Source of the DNA: the human T2T-CHM13v2.0 reference genome, Homo sapiens
DNA length: 64,000 bases
Strand: one strand, 5' to 3'
Assembly: GCF_009914755.1 (NCBI RefSeq)
Contig: NC_060930.1
The notes below the pieces were generated by a model. The model did no database searches and was not told where the DNA came from. It was given only the letters and a program-made list of their open reading frames with translations. The position numbers and the translations under genes were made by a program. Positions 43,771 to 59,248 of the stretch are shown here, in pieces; the first letter of the stretch is position 1, and the number at the start of each line of letters is the position of its first letter.

Positions 43771-44812
43771 TCCTCTTCCTCCTCTATTTTTGAGATTTAA
43801 GCAATATCTCAATCTACATAGCATTTTAAAGCAAGTTTATTTAAGCATAAAGTAACATATTTATCACAGAAGCTTTTAAAACATAAAATCGGAATAAAAT
43901 AATTCTTTCACTATCCAAAAGAAATAAATTACTATTAATAACTTAGGAGCATTTCCTAAGAATCTTTTTTCCCTCTACATATGGGTTTTTGGTGAATTTT
44001 AAAAATAGCATAGTGGTAATCAAACGACACAAGTTATTTTTTATTTTTAAAATTTATTACTATTTCATGGGGAGCAATATCTACTTAATAAATGCCAATC
44101 AAGTCAATTATGAGTCCCTGATTAAAAAAAAGGGAATCAACCAATTAATAGCAAACTGTGTTAAGCTGAGGAAAGTTCAATAAGATCTAGTGTTTAGGGC
44201 AGATGCCCACAAGGAGCTGGCTACTTCTGCAGAGGAGAGCTGGTTTTATTATTGAGTCAGAAGTAAAGGAGAGAGTATTTAATGCTTCTAAGTCTAGAAC
44301 AGTATGATAATGCTCACTTTAGAATGTCTCTAAAGCAACAGAAATAATTGCTTGGCCTCTCTGCTGACTTCTCTATCATAATGAGAAGTTTTCATCTAGG
44401 TACTCTTGAGTCAATTATTGGTATTCCACTACACAGCAAATCTGGAGGCTTTTGTAACTCAAATCATCACTGCTATCAACTAGCCACATTGGACTAATGT
44501 TCCCCATGAGATTTATTCATCCTTGTTTCCAAATTTCTATATTTAAAATACAAAATGTTTACAAAAATCCTCCTGCATGTTTTAAAAATAAATTTACCAT
44601 CTTTCATTTGATCAATCTCATTCTACTTACGAACAGTTACTGTATAGAAAAGTGTAAAATTATTACAAAAGAACTTTCTTTGCTTGAAGAAATCCGTTTT
44701 CTTTAATTTAGTAGTACAGGGGATTACTCAAGTTAAGATTTCCATGAATTTAAAAAAACTAAAGAATGTCCTCCACGTGGACTACAATCAGATTAAACAG
44801 GTAGGATTATTA

Positions 44813-44950
<138 letters not shown>

Positions 44951-45996
44951 CTAAAAAACATACATTTAAAAAATATAAATTAGCAAACATTAAAACGCGA
45001 AGGCTAGTTTTTAATTTCAATTACTGTAGTTCTTTTAAGTCCTTTTATGATGCAGAGAAAGAGAAAAACAAGTACGCAGAATGGTGAAAAACCATAGTAA
45101 ATTGCTTTGTAAAAAGAGAATCAGTGTCCATGAAATTTTTAAAGTGGGTTTGTTCTTCATGTTTAAGTAGTACTTAATTCACCTAAATATGAATAGAAAA
45201 ATTTCAATATCTGATACTCTAAAGCCATCACTGCCACACTGCTTCTATATAGCTACTAAAAGAATGTATGTCACAGCCTTATTCTATGACAGCACTAGTA
45301 AGTCACTTTTGTTAAAGTCACAAGCTTTTTTTAAGACCACAAGTACCTATGGGGCCTAGCTTAAGCCAGAATGTATGAATGCTTATTCTCTCTTTGCCTA
45401 TCTTAAAATAATCACCTTTTGTGGCTGCCTTCCAAAATGTATTTTCAAAGTAATCAATCGGCCCTTATTGGTCTCTCATTCATTATTACAATTTCTTCAA
45501 AATTTTAATGTTTTCACCCTCTTCTACCAGATGAAGCCCAAATTTTCTGGGTATTAATGTCTACTGTAGAAAATACCAGTTACGTTTATTTATCCTAATT
45601 CTATCTCTTGCAACCTTCAGTGAGCCTTAGTTCTTCTGTTTCTTATAATTCAAAAAGTTGAAGTAAACATATACTGGGCTCTTACTATATGTCATGAAAG
45701 TTGTACTTTATTACAAAGGTCTTTGAATATATTCATCACAGCCACCCTATGAGTAGCTATTACTAGCTAAGAGTAACCATTATTAGCTCTATATGGCTAA
45801 GAGGGATTATTCAAAGGGTCAAGCCTAGCTTAATGGACCTACTCAAAGACTGTTACTTCAAGGGCATGCTTTCTAGACAGGTACCAGGTTTTTCACAAAT
45901 AGTACCAAGATCTAGCAGTTCCTCTGGAGACAGCATTATGACCAGCTACTAGGAATGTGAAAAATTCAAAAGAATTTGTTAAGTGTCAATCATGTA

Positions 45997-46071
45997 CCAG
46001 ACTCCATGCTCCCCATCCTTTCTCTGCATTCTCCAGACTCCATGCTACCCATCTTTTCTCTGCATCCTCCA
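45997..46071 (+). repeat. 36-bp tandem duplication
   Basis: CCAGACTCCATGCT(C/A)CCCATC(C/T)TTTCTCTGCAT(T/C)CT twice. Confidence 0.9.
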
Positions 46072-46329
46072 ACCACATAATTAAGAAAAGGGAGAGGAGG
46101 GTAACAAGGTAACAAAAACTGAAAGAAATGTCAGGAGGCTTTATAACCACTTGCTGCTGCTCCTAGAGTAGGAAGTGTAATTAAGGAAAACTCTGTGCCC
46201 AATCACCTAGGCTGAAAATGAAAACATTGAACCCACTATCATGTTCTTTGTATTCTCAGGGTTTGACTCTGTGCCCTATCCACAACAGACACTCAATGAA
46301 AGTCTGATAACAACAATAAAGGTCCTCAA

Positions 46330-47075
46330 AAGCCTTGACTGTTTCTCCTCCTTTACTACCTTGTCAGTCACTAAATCATGCTGGTTCCTACTTTCTGTCT
46401 CTCGTATTCATTAGACCCTCATCACCTCACACATCAATGACTGCCATCTAATTCTGATGTTACTACTTCAAGATCTCCCCATGCCACTGCCTGCATTAAT
46501 TCATCCTCAAATACAATTGTTATTTTTCTCACTCACCCGAAAACCTTCCATTATTCCTCACATCCCTCACAATCAAGTATTAGGCTACCATTTGAGACAC
46601 TCCACAATGTGGGCCTCATCCAGTACACTACTTTATCTCCTCTTTTACAAACTCTGGTTTCCAACCAGCTAAGCTTTTGAGTGCCTAATGAATACAACAG
46701 GTCCTTTCCCACTTATTTGCAACTTTGCCTTCATATGAAATACCCGCCCTTGTCCCTCCTTCACTCACCCCTACCTTGAGCATCCTAGTCTATCTCAAGC
46801 TCCACTGTTGAATGAGCCCTTCTTCCACCATTGTAGTTCAGTCTTCATATCTGCAATTCTCAAATGTTTTTAGTTTCGAGATGCTTTACATTCTTGGAAC
46901 ATTTTTTTGGAGGCTATTTGGAGTTTTCATAAAAATAAAATAAAAGTAACTTGCTAACTTTAAATGTCTAGCTGAATAAAATCTAGATTTTCGTAAGTGC
47001 CTCTGCTCTCTTGTGATATCACGTTATTTAGCCTCTAGAAAATGCTAGTACATACTTGTAAGAGAATGAATCTGA
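46330..47075 (+). mobile_element. L2 fragment
   Basis: ccttgact...cagtcactaaatcatgctggttcctac...ccctcatcacctcac; ends gaatgaat. Confidence 0.55.
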
Positions 47076-47809
47076 ATGAGACTAGTAACACCTTAGAATC
47101 ATTATGAAAAGAAGTTGACTTCAAGAACCCCCTGAAAGGGACTCAGAACTCCCAGAGGTCTCCAAACTACATTTTGAGAACTGCTGATCTGTACAATCAT
47201 CTTTATACCTACATTTCCTCATTTCATCAAGACTTCTCTGAAGCATATCTGAAAATAAACAACAATGTAACTGCTTTCTTTTCCCACCTAACTTGGAAGT
47301 TCCCCAAGGGCATAATCTAAGTGTTATTCTCTCCATATCATGCTTAAAGTATTCTAACTCAAAGTGATTTTAAAATGTATCTGTAAAATCAGCCTCAAAA
47401 AGAAAGTCAAATGTGATATAAAATATAGAAAATGAAGATGAATAAGTAAGAATAGTAAGCTCTTATTTCTACATTAGATGTTTGAATAAATTAAGATTTT
47501 GGATAAATTTCATCTGGTAGCAGCTCATATGCATAAAATAAACCACTTCATTCTTTATAAAAACAAGTAAAACATTGCAAAATTGTATCAGCAATGCTTC
47601 TTGCCACTGCATAAAATGCTAATCTAGTAAGAACACTTTAGTAAAAGCTTAAATTCTGCTCAGCTTGTGGCAGAAGTATATACATGTACATATCTCTATC
47701 AAAGTGTGATTCAGGAAGAAGCCAGGTGCTGTGAAGAATTTCATGAATCCATAAACATTAAGAGATATACATCTTACAGACATCAAAAAATTTTTTTTTA
47801 AATTTTTAA

Positions 47810-48337
<528 letters not shown>

Positions 48338-48360
48338 AAAAATCTATGTTATCTGACTGC

Positions 48361-49022
48361 TGTTATAGGCTGAATTGTGTCCTCTCTCCTCCCACTCACA
48401 CCCCCACCCCTTGTCACCCAAATGAATATGCTAAAGCTCTAACCCCTAACACCTCAGAATGTAACAGTATTTGGAGACATGGTCTTTAAAAAGGTAATTA
48501 CATTAAAATGAAATAATTATGGAAGGGTCCTAATCCAATAGGGGGAGAGACAACAGGGGCGTGCATGCACAAAGATCATGTGAAGAGGCAGCAAGAGGGC
48601 AGCCAACTGTAAGCCAAGGAGAAGCCTCAGAAGAAATCAACCCAGTCATCATCTTGATCTTTGCTATGCACTGAATGCTATGTCCTCTCAAAAACTGTAT
48701 GTTAAAGCTGTAATCCCCTATGTGATAGTATTTAGATGTGGGGGTCTTTGGGAGGTAATTTGGTCCTGAGAGTGAGAAGCTCATGAATCAGATTCGTGCC
48801 CTTATAAGAAAAGACGCGAGAAAGGTGATCTCTCTCTCCACCATGTGAGAATATAGTGAAGAGGAGGCGGGCTCCAAGTCAAAAAGTGGACCCTCACCAG
48901 GAACTAGGCTGGCTAGCATCTTGATCTTGGACTTCTCGGCCTCCAGAACTGTGAGAAATAAATGTCTGCTGTTTAAGCCACCCAGTCAGTGGTATTTTGT
49001 TATAGCAGCCCAAGCTAATACA
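48361..49022 (+). mobile_element. Two abutting MaLR (MLT1-type) LTRs: partial 48361-48660 and complete 48662-49022
   Basis: TGTTATAGGCTGAATTGTGTCC start; second TGCTATGCACTGAATG start; end aataaatgtctgctgtttaagccaccc...gttatagcagcccaagctaataca. Confidence 0.8.
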
Positions 49023-49126
49023 ATTGCCCAAGTGCCCAAAGAATGTAAGATAGTGCTTATATACACATGCTAGGCACTCTATTATTATTTGTCAAATTAA
49101 TTAATGGAAAGGCAAAATTGTGGTTA

Positions 49127-49396
<270 letters not shown>

Positions 49397-50042
49397 CTAA
49401 ATATGCATTAAAATATGAAAATTTATATACCATGTTCACCTTTTTCTTTTTCTAGCATATAGTTTTTAAAATACTGAAACAAATAATATGAAAATATTTT
49501 CAAAATGTAATCCAGAAAAAAATTCTACTTTTATTTGTACATTATTCTAAATAAAATAAAAAAGCTGCTTAAAACTACAGTCCTGTAACCAAAAAGCCAT
49601 AAAAATTTTGGAGGAAAAAATATGACCACAAAGGTCACATGAAATGATTTTAATAACTCTATCCTTTGTTTCTGCTTCTTCACCAATACTTATGAGTTAT
49701 GCCATGGCTCTGATATACTATCATATCTCTGGCTTTAATATCACAAAACTAGTATCATAAAAATCTCAAGTTTTAAAAATCCTCATTTCTCAAATAATAG
49801 ATTTAACTCCATCCAAACCAATGCAAATCAGCCCTGTGGTGACAGTACATATCAGCTACAGAACGTGCAAATGACCTGAAAAATTAATGTCTTACAAGAA
49901 ACTAGACAAAAGCAAAACTTTTTTATTTTAGGGCCAATTCTTTGCTAAGATTATTTATAATATTAATCTATGGAAAACAGCAGCAGTAGAAACATTACAT
50001 ACTGATTATTTGAATAATATTGTGAAAAATGTGCCCAGAAAT

Positions 50043-50264
50043 CAGGAGTCTGCAAACTGCAGCCCACACACCAAATCTGGCCTACTACCTGTTTTTGTAA
50101 ATAAACTTTTATTGGAACACATCACACCCATTTGTTCAGTTATGGCCTACATATGTCTATGTAGCTATTTTCACACTATAAAGGCAAAATTGACTGAAAC
50201 TACAGGGCCAAAGCCTAAAATATTTACTATCTGGCCCTTTACAGAAACTATTTTTCAACTCCTG
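50043..50264 (+). mobile_element. MER58A (hAT-Charlie)
   Basis: CAGGAGTCTGCAAAC...gtaaataaacttttattggaacac...ctatctggccctttacagaaa...CAACTCCTG. Confidence 0.85.
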
Positions 50265-50519
50265 CTTTAAATCAACCTTTTATCTTTAATTTTTGAAAAT
50301 CAAATTATAACAAAACATTTTTCCTAATACTAAAAGCCACATTTCACATTTAAAATTCATTTAAGCATCTTTTAAATATCAGCTATTACAGGCTTAATAT
50401 ATAACCCCAGAAATCTATTAAAATTATTATTAGAGGCCTTATCTTTTTAGAAATGAAAAACATGCTATGTCACCATTTAATTTCAACACTAGATGATATA
50501 CACTTAATATGTACTATTA

Positions 50520-50804
<285 letters not shown>

Positions 50805-51294
50805 TTAATATGGCATGCTGAAATTTCTTAGTTTTAAAAAGCAAAGAACATTAAATAGTTAGTTAAGCACACTTCCAGATCATTTTTGACAAAAGGTAGC
50901 CCAAATGGCTTTTAAAATATTTTCCTGATAGCTCTCTTTTCACGTGTACAACAATTTCAGACTGTCGGTACAGCATTTACATTACTGTGCCAGATTTCAC
51001 GCTGAACAAAGGAAGTGATCAATACACATGTTTGAAATAATTATGATAAAGACTAAACTGTATATTTACACAAGACACAAATCTTCCATTTGTTTAATAT
51101 CAGTATTTTTAATGGTTAAAATTTTATGTTTTAAATTTTTAAAAAGTTAAAATCATTTCAAGATAATTAAACTCATTCAAGCCATTCGTTACATTTTTTT
51201 CAGTATTTTAGTATATCTTCTTTCAAAGGTCTATTTTTAAAACCCTATTAAACAAAACTTATATTTAAGCTAACTAAATGGAGGTTTTTGTCTC

Positions 51295-51586
<292 letters not shown>

Positions 51587-51762
51587 TAAATGGAGATTTT
51601 TATGAGAAACATAAAAATCTTACCAACTCAGAATACGTTCTCTTTCATTAGACCATGACTCAAAATAGGAAATGAAACGTCTTTCTAACCTTTATGTCTT
51701 CTGCAAATTAGGAGCAGAAAGATAGTTTGAACCCTTTGCAACAGTTCACACAAAACATGAAG

Positions 51763-51916
51763 TATCTTAAATTAGAAGAATAAGCACTGAGTGCCCGGAA
51801 GGTATTTAACAACTGTTACTTGTAGACTCATGTAACTTAATATCTTAAATTAGAAGAATAGGCACTGAGTGCAGGGAACACATTTAACAACTGTTACTTG
51901 TAGACTTATGTAACTT
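51763..51916 (+). repeat. 78-bp tandem duplication
   Basis: TATCTTAAATTAGAAGAATA...TGTAACTT starting at 51763 and at 51841, about 7 mismatches. Confidence 0.92.
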
Positions 51917-51956
51917 GGAAAGTAAAAAAAAACAAAGAGGCAAGAAAGGCTCTAAG

Positions 51957-52145
51957 ATAGTATTGTCCAAGAGAGCTTTCTATAATGATGGGAATACTCT
52001 AACCAATTTGTGCTAACCAATACGGAATCCACATGTGGCTACCCTGCACTTGAAGTATGGCTAGCACAAATGTGAAAGTAAATTTTTAATTATATTTAAT
52101 TTGAATTCAAACAGCCATGTGACTTGTAGCTACCAAAACAGTGTA
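51957..52145 (+). mobile_element. MER3-like (hAT-Charlie)
   Basis: tgtccaa...ctttctataatgatggg...cacatgtggcta...gcacttgaa...tggctag. Confidence 0.75.
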
Positions 52146-52149
52146 ACTC

Positions 52150-52650
52150 TAAGTTCGTAAATCTGGGAGAGTGGACAGATGGTGGTACCACCAATTGAAG
52201 TGGCAGAGAGAGTAGCACGGATACTCAGTTTGGAGGAATCTGACATATCTATAAGTCATCCAAGCTGAAATGTCCAGCAGGTGACTGAATTTACAAATCT
52301 GAAGCACAGGTGAGAAAAGTGGTTCCAAGAAAAGTGGGTTAAAGATGAAACCATGAGTAAGACTGATATTAAGGAGGTAGGTAGAAGACCATGAAGGAAA
52401 CTCAAAGAATGGTATAAGAAAAATTAGGAGAGGATGGTGTCAAGAAAACCAAGGTAACAGAGTTTCAAGAGTGTGATATGTTAAATGCATAGATGTGACA
52501 AAATAACTAAAAAATGTTCAATATATTTAGCAAACAGAAATCACTAGTGATTTGGTTGGAGAAGCTTTAGTGGCAGAGGCAAAATTCAGAACGTTGTTCA
52601 GGAATGATAAGTTAAGGAATGATGCATCAACAAGGAAAAAGAGATGGCAA
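52150..52650 (-). mobile_element. L2 fragment
   Basis: gatggtggtacc...catccaagctgaaatgtccagcagg...gaggatggtgtcaagaaaaccaagg. Confidence 0.65.
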
Positions 52651-53221
52651 AATATAGCCCATCTTTTCCCCTACCCCTTTAGGAAAGAATGTAAAGACAA
52701 TGGAGGTTATAAGCTGAGCGGGTGACATTGTGATTAGTGTCAAATGACACACAGGGGTAAAGAACCATTCCCAATTGAGTAATAGATATGTTCAGTCATT
52801 AAATCATAAGCACTCGAGACTCCCTTGATAAACTCTCCTACAGCTCCCCAAAGCTTATCACGGTAATTTTAAAAAGATATTCCCCAGCTTCTAAATCATA
52901 CTTTCCATAGATTAATTTAAACAGGCAATTTAGTTTACATTAATACGTTGCTTAGCCTGAGTAAACAACTAAGATTCAGCCAAGACCCTGCCATTATGGT
53001 TATAAATTATATAATGTAGAGCTCAGATAAATAAGGCTTTATTACTTTTTAGTTTAGAAGAATAGCCACATATATGTACTAAAAGAACTGAAAGTACCTG
53101 AGAATCTGAGGCATAGCTGAGAATTAGGATAAAGTCTCATTTGAATTACTGTAATAACTTAACAATTATCCAAGACATCCCTCGTACCAACAGGATAGGT
53201 AATAAAAGATTTAAATTTTAA

Positions 53222-53529
<308 letters not shown>

Positions 53530-54699
53530 TCATGCCACTTTCTTGAAGATGAATTTTATCCTTGCCACTCTTTCTATCATCAATGATTAATTCCCTCAAT
53601 ATATATTCACCAAACACTTTCTATGTGACATTAATATGCTGGGAGCTGGTGATATTATAGCATGGAGTTTCAACAGAGTGACATATTAAATGCAAAAAGA
53701 TCTAGTAAAATAAGGACTAAAAATGTTCAACATATTTACCCAAAAGAAGTCATTGGTGACTCTAAAAAGCTTACAGTCTAATGAAGAAGACAGGTAAGTG
53801 TTAGAAGACGTGAAGCACATAGAATACCTTACTCTTTCTGGGGGGTGGGGATGGGATAAGAATTCTTGACTGCCATTTTTGCCAATGGCATAAGATGAAT
53901 AAATAAATAAAAATCCATATAGTACTTAGAGGTAGAAATGCCCTGAAATATGTTACTGCTTCCTAAGTGCAACTTACAGTAAATTCTGCAGGTCTGCACA
54001 AATCTTAGCATAAAAGAAATGCAGTTTCTAATAAAACCACACGATGGCACTGTTTACTATGTGAAAGTGAGTTTTTTGCTTTTTTTTTTTAATGGCTTTT
54101 TTTCTTTGCTCTAAATCAGTATGGAAGGTGTTATGGAAAAAGGCATGATCATCGATATAAAAGGGTGATCATCGATAGCACACTGGACCAGGTGATTGCT
54201 AAGGCCACTCTCAAATTACTTACTCACCATAGCCAACCTGGTGGCTGTTCAGCCCTTTGACTATAAAACTTCTAAAATCTCTCTCTAACCTCCAATATGG
54301 ATTAAATGTCTCAACTGGATTTTAACAGCATCTGTTCTATAGCACATAATAATGTAGGTAACAGGTCTGTATAGAAATTAAATTGGAGGGCAGCTATATA
54401 CAATGTCTAATTTATCTATGAATGTACTGAATTTAGCAGACTGTCTCACATTTTATAGATCATATTTGTTGAATGAATGGATTCACAAATGAAAATGTTT
54501 TTATAAGATGGTACAAAATAATTACTCAAGACTTTTCATAATTTAAATTGATGTTTGAAGGAAAAGATAATTACAAAATTAAAATATCCTTTTTTAAACA
54601 TCAATCTACGCCTTTCATCTTTGCTGAAACATCTCGTCAAAGACATCCTAGTCAGAGACACCTAGTCAAAGACAAATGTACAAAGACATTTTTTACCTA

Positions 54700-55430
54700 G
54701 ACTACTGTTAAGAATTTCCTAATGTGATTTTCAAGTATCTACATTTGCTCCCTCTAGAATCTGTTCTCCACATAACAGAGTATATATCTTTCTAAAACAC
54801 AAATCAGATTATTTTATTCTTTTGTTTAAAATCCCACAGTGGCTTCCCATTGCTCTTTAAATTCTATAATGGCTTCCTCTTGCTATAATGACTGAGAAGA
54901 CCTCATCATAATTAACATCCCGTTGACCTTAGCAACCTCTTCATGCACCATTCTTCTCCCCTTAGTCTCTGTCCTCCAATCTTGGTGGCCTTCTTTTGAT
55001 TTTCTGAATTAACCCTGCTCCTTCAAATATCAGGGTTTTTGCATATATTGTACCCTCTACCATAGACCATTTCTTCCCCACCGGTGGCAATGTGTCTCTT
55101 CCTCAGGAATGTTTTCCCTGACCCCACAGTTCATCATCCATCCTATACCTCTTTACGATATTTATAAAAATTTATAATTAAATGATAAATTGTGAAATCA
55201 ATTGTTTTATGTTTGTGTTGCTGGAATATGAAGTCCAGGAGTTCAAGGAATTTGTCATCTTTGTCCACTGACAACAGTAGCTGGCACATAGAAAAGTCTT
55301 AATATTTTTTGAACTGAATAAATAATGGCATGGCTGTTTGTGTCTTTTTTAATGCTACATCCTCAGAACCAAATAGTGTAACTGGCACATACTGGGCCAT
55401 CAATAAATATTTAAGAATCTGAATGAGCAT
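54700..55430 (+). mobile_element. L2 3' region with two successive termini
   Basis: tctttctaaaacacaaatcagat...cagtggcttcccattgc; ctggcacata...aatatt...gaat terminus seen twice. Confidence 0.7.
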
Positions 55431-55577
55431 AACCTGAGCTTGAATTAGTAACTCTTCATCCCTACAACATTACCTTAGATTCTAATTCCTTATATGAGAC
55501 CAAACTGATTTGGGAGAAAGCAGCCAACTAAATTTGAAGACTAGTTTTAAAGTGTTTAAAATGGATGAAAAACATAC

Positions 55578-55673
55578 CTTAAGAAATGCCCAGGCAATTT
55601 TCCGAAAGCCACATTCTTGGTTTTGAACCTCAGAATTATTCTTAATTTCATCCACGCTTAAGAAATCAAGAAT
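55578..55673 (-). CDS. AHI1: AHI1 coding exon, 96 nt (ILDFLSV...AWAFLK), phase 0 to 0
   Basis: ORF 55482-55679; acceptor TTGCAG|ATT; donor AAG|GTATGT. Confidence 0.96.
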
Positions 55674-56349
55674 CTGCAAATAAATTCACAGAAGACTAAG
55701 CTACCTAAAATTTAATATTTTCTAATGGTACATTATTAAAACTTTAAAAAATCATTTGTATAGTGCTTAAAAACATTAACCTTTACAGGGAATAAAAACA
55801 TTTTTATCTCATTTCATTCACCTTAAAGTTAACTCATTCAGTTAGGGAGGGTCCATTTTCTGACTATTTTATCTTTCATTAATAAATACTATGATTTATT
55901 TCAAATCCAAAGCAAAGTGTTAATCACCTCAAATATAACCTAGGTACAAATATAATAGGCATAGAATTCTTAAGCTTTCATTGTTTTTTATGTATCACAG
56001 CAGACTTTAAAGGATTGTTTGTTTAAAAAACTCACAACCCTATTTCTGGGTCTTTGTCTTGGATCACCTTCCTGAAGTTGGGGTTTTTCTCTTTGGATGT
56101 ATGTTATAATTAGGCTTCTCAAGAGGATTTCTTCCATTCCTCTATCCTGTCTGGACATTAAAGCTCATGGATTTGCAACCAACCTGCCACAGAGATCGTA
56201 TTCTAGATATTTATCAAAGGCTATCACTTCAAACTTACTGGTGCTTATTAAAAGCTCAGCTGCGAAAATGAGATTTTTATAGAAAGAAGACTGCTTAAGA
56301 AATGATACAGACTCCAATCATCTGTGCTTTTTGGATACCTAAATCTTTT

Positions 56350-56860
56350 TTACAGATATAATACATGCTCAGTGAAAACATAATATAAAAAATATATAGA
56401 TCCAAAGTAAAAACAACTTGTAATCCAGACCCATAGATGGTCACCATTAACATCTAGTTTGCAGGCCAAATCTTTTTCTGTGCATTCCTAAACATATGTG
56501 TGGAACTACAAATCTAATAATGCTATTTCACAAATTATTTTCATATAGTATGTAGTGAATATCTCTTCATGTCAATACATACACATGAATACCGTAATGT
56601 TAATGACTGCCTACTATTCTGTCACAAATACCATAAATTTAACAAAAATTATAACTTATTTAACCAAATCTCTTACTGATCTAAATGTAGGTTATTTTAT
56701 CTCCCTAAAATTTTTGCTATTATAAACAGTGCTGAAATAAATATCCTTGCACACACATCTTCACGGACTTGTCATTTTTTTCCTTAAGATAAATACCTAA
56801 GAGTAAAATAATGGTTTTAAAGACTGTGAGACATTATCAAGTTGTCCTCAACACTTAAAA
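56350..56860 (-). mobile_element. L1ME-like 3' fragment
   Basis: tttttgctattataaacagtgctg...atatccttgcacacacatctt...ccttaagataaatacctaagag. Confidence 0.6.
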
Positions 56861-57967
56861 AACTGAGATCAAAAAGCAGTTGCATAGGCAATAACATATT
56901 ACATTAAAACTTAAGAAGCAACCAAAAGCGTTTATAATACAACAATCTATCCTTCTTCATCTCTTAATACTAAAATGAATACAGAAGAAAATTGTAACAA
57001 ATGACAAAGTTTGAAGACAAAAAATTCCTTAAGATACAAATTATATCAATTTTTCAACAATAACAGCTTTATGTAAATCACACACAACATAATCACAAAT
57101 GTAAATATTGGAATATTTGTATCATAAATACAAATAGACAACCTGAAAGTCAAGGATCATAAAAACAAGTAATTCTACAAAATGAATCTTCGGCACTGGT
57201 TATGCCAAGTCCCCTGCTGTTCCCATGCTAAACTTCTCCATCTAGCTTACACTGGAAGGGGGCTTTCTCTATTGTCCTTTGCTTATGGAGACAGAACACA
57301 TGATAGAGTAAAGAAATGTGGTATTCTAGGTTCAAACTATCTGCAAACGCATTTTTTTTAACTTAAAATTCGAGTAACTTTGGGGAAATCACTTTTATTC
57401 CAAACCTTGTTATCATTTTCAGTAAGAAAATTATATAATAACAACTAGTCAGCTCAAAAGCCATGTATTCCATAAAGCTTTCCCTGACTCCACTGACCCG
57501 CCACTAACCCTTCACATATAAGTTCTACATCATTTTTGGTTACATATTAAACTGCATTAACTGATCTGTGTACATTAATCTTTATTTATCCAGGTGGTAC
57601 ACATATTCTTAGGGTGCCTGACATGGTTAAATGAGTTTATGCTTTGTGAAATGGGTTTAAAATGGAGAAATGCATTCATATCGAGTGGATTCATCACTTC
57701 ACTACAGTTAACAGTCACAGAGCTGTTGTAATTATTAAATTATACAAAGTAGGCCAAATGGTTAAATAGTAAACACTCAGCAAATATGCTATCACTGTTT
57801 ATAAAAGGGCGTCTCACTTGATTCCACAGCATTGGAAAACTAAATCCTAGAGATTAAATTCTCACACAACTTTTTTTTTTGCCTTACTGGACTACTAAAA
57901 ATAATAGCTTACATTTGTGCTATTAAATATTAACTATCGTTTAATTTGAATTGGTCCATTCAATTCA

Positions 57968-58186
<219 letters not shown>

Positions 58187-58496
58187 TTAACACAATTTTC
58201 ATAATTTTGAGGTGAGAAAAAAATATATAGTGTACAAGGTGAGGCAACCAGAAATAATGAATAGTCATAATAATACAAAAGGAAAAATTATTCTGAGTGT
58301 CCATCTAGAAACTTACAAATTTTATAAGACTTAAAAGTAACAGTCCATCTTATATTTGTCTACTATCAATTGGTTTCACATGATTATTTTATTATAGAAA
58401 TATAAAGTGAGAAGTATGATTATACCTTTGCCATATAAAGCTGGGATAAACTAACTCCTTCAGAATTTTGTAAGAGTTTATAATAAAATAGACATT

Positions 58497-58797
58497 GCCA
58501 GGCACAGCGGCTCAAGCCTGTAACCCCAGCACTTTGGGAGGCTGAGGCAGGTGGACTGCTTGAGCTCAGGAGTTTGGGACCAGCCTGGGTAACATGATGA
58601 AACCTCGTTTCTACAAAAAATAGAAAAAAAGTTAGCTGGGCATGGTGGCACATGTCTGCAGTCCCAGCTACGTGGGAGTCTGAGGTGGGAGGATCACCTG
58701 AGCCCAGGGAGGTTGAGGCTGTAGTAAGCTGTGATTGCACCACTGCACTCCAGCCAGTGAGACGCAGTGAGATATTGTCTCAAAAAAAAAAAAAAAA
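58497..58797 (+). mobile_element. AluJ-like
   Basis: Full Alu with A tail; AGACAT flanks on both sides. Confidence 0.92.
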
Positions 58798-59248
58798 GAC
58801 ATAAAATTGATTTTACATAAAAAAGGCACAAGACTGTAAACCCTTTGAGTTGTCATATTTTCTTTGTGTGCCCTAAGGCAAATGAATAGGTGAATGGGCT
58901 TTTTTTGGACAATCTTCCTGTTTCCATTCCCCACTGGCTTTCCAAACAATTTTTTAAAAAATTCTAGTATAAATGTGTATTTCATTGTACTTTTCATTTG
59001 GGATTTCAAGCATGCATTAGCTATAGAAGTACTCTTAGAAAAAACATTCAAGATTCATTTACCTTACCTGAAGCCCAGATAACATTACTTTCAAAAGAAA
59101 AATATGAGGTTAGACAATTAAAGCATTTACAATGCAATATAAAATATTTACAATGCAACTTTATGTCATAAATTACATCTACTAAGCTGGCAGAAGCTCT
59201 CTACCACTTAAAATGAATTATTCCCTTCCACTTAAAAGTAATTACTGA

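Noticed and set aside
54635-54690. GTCAAAGACA-like motif repeated 3-4 times
   Set aside because: Short degenerate slippage repeat; too little evidence for function and not CRISPR-like.
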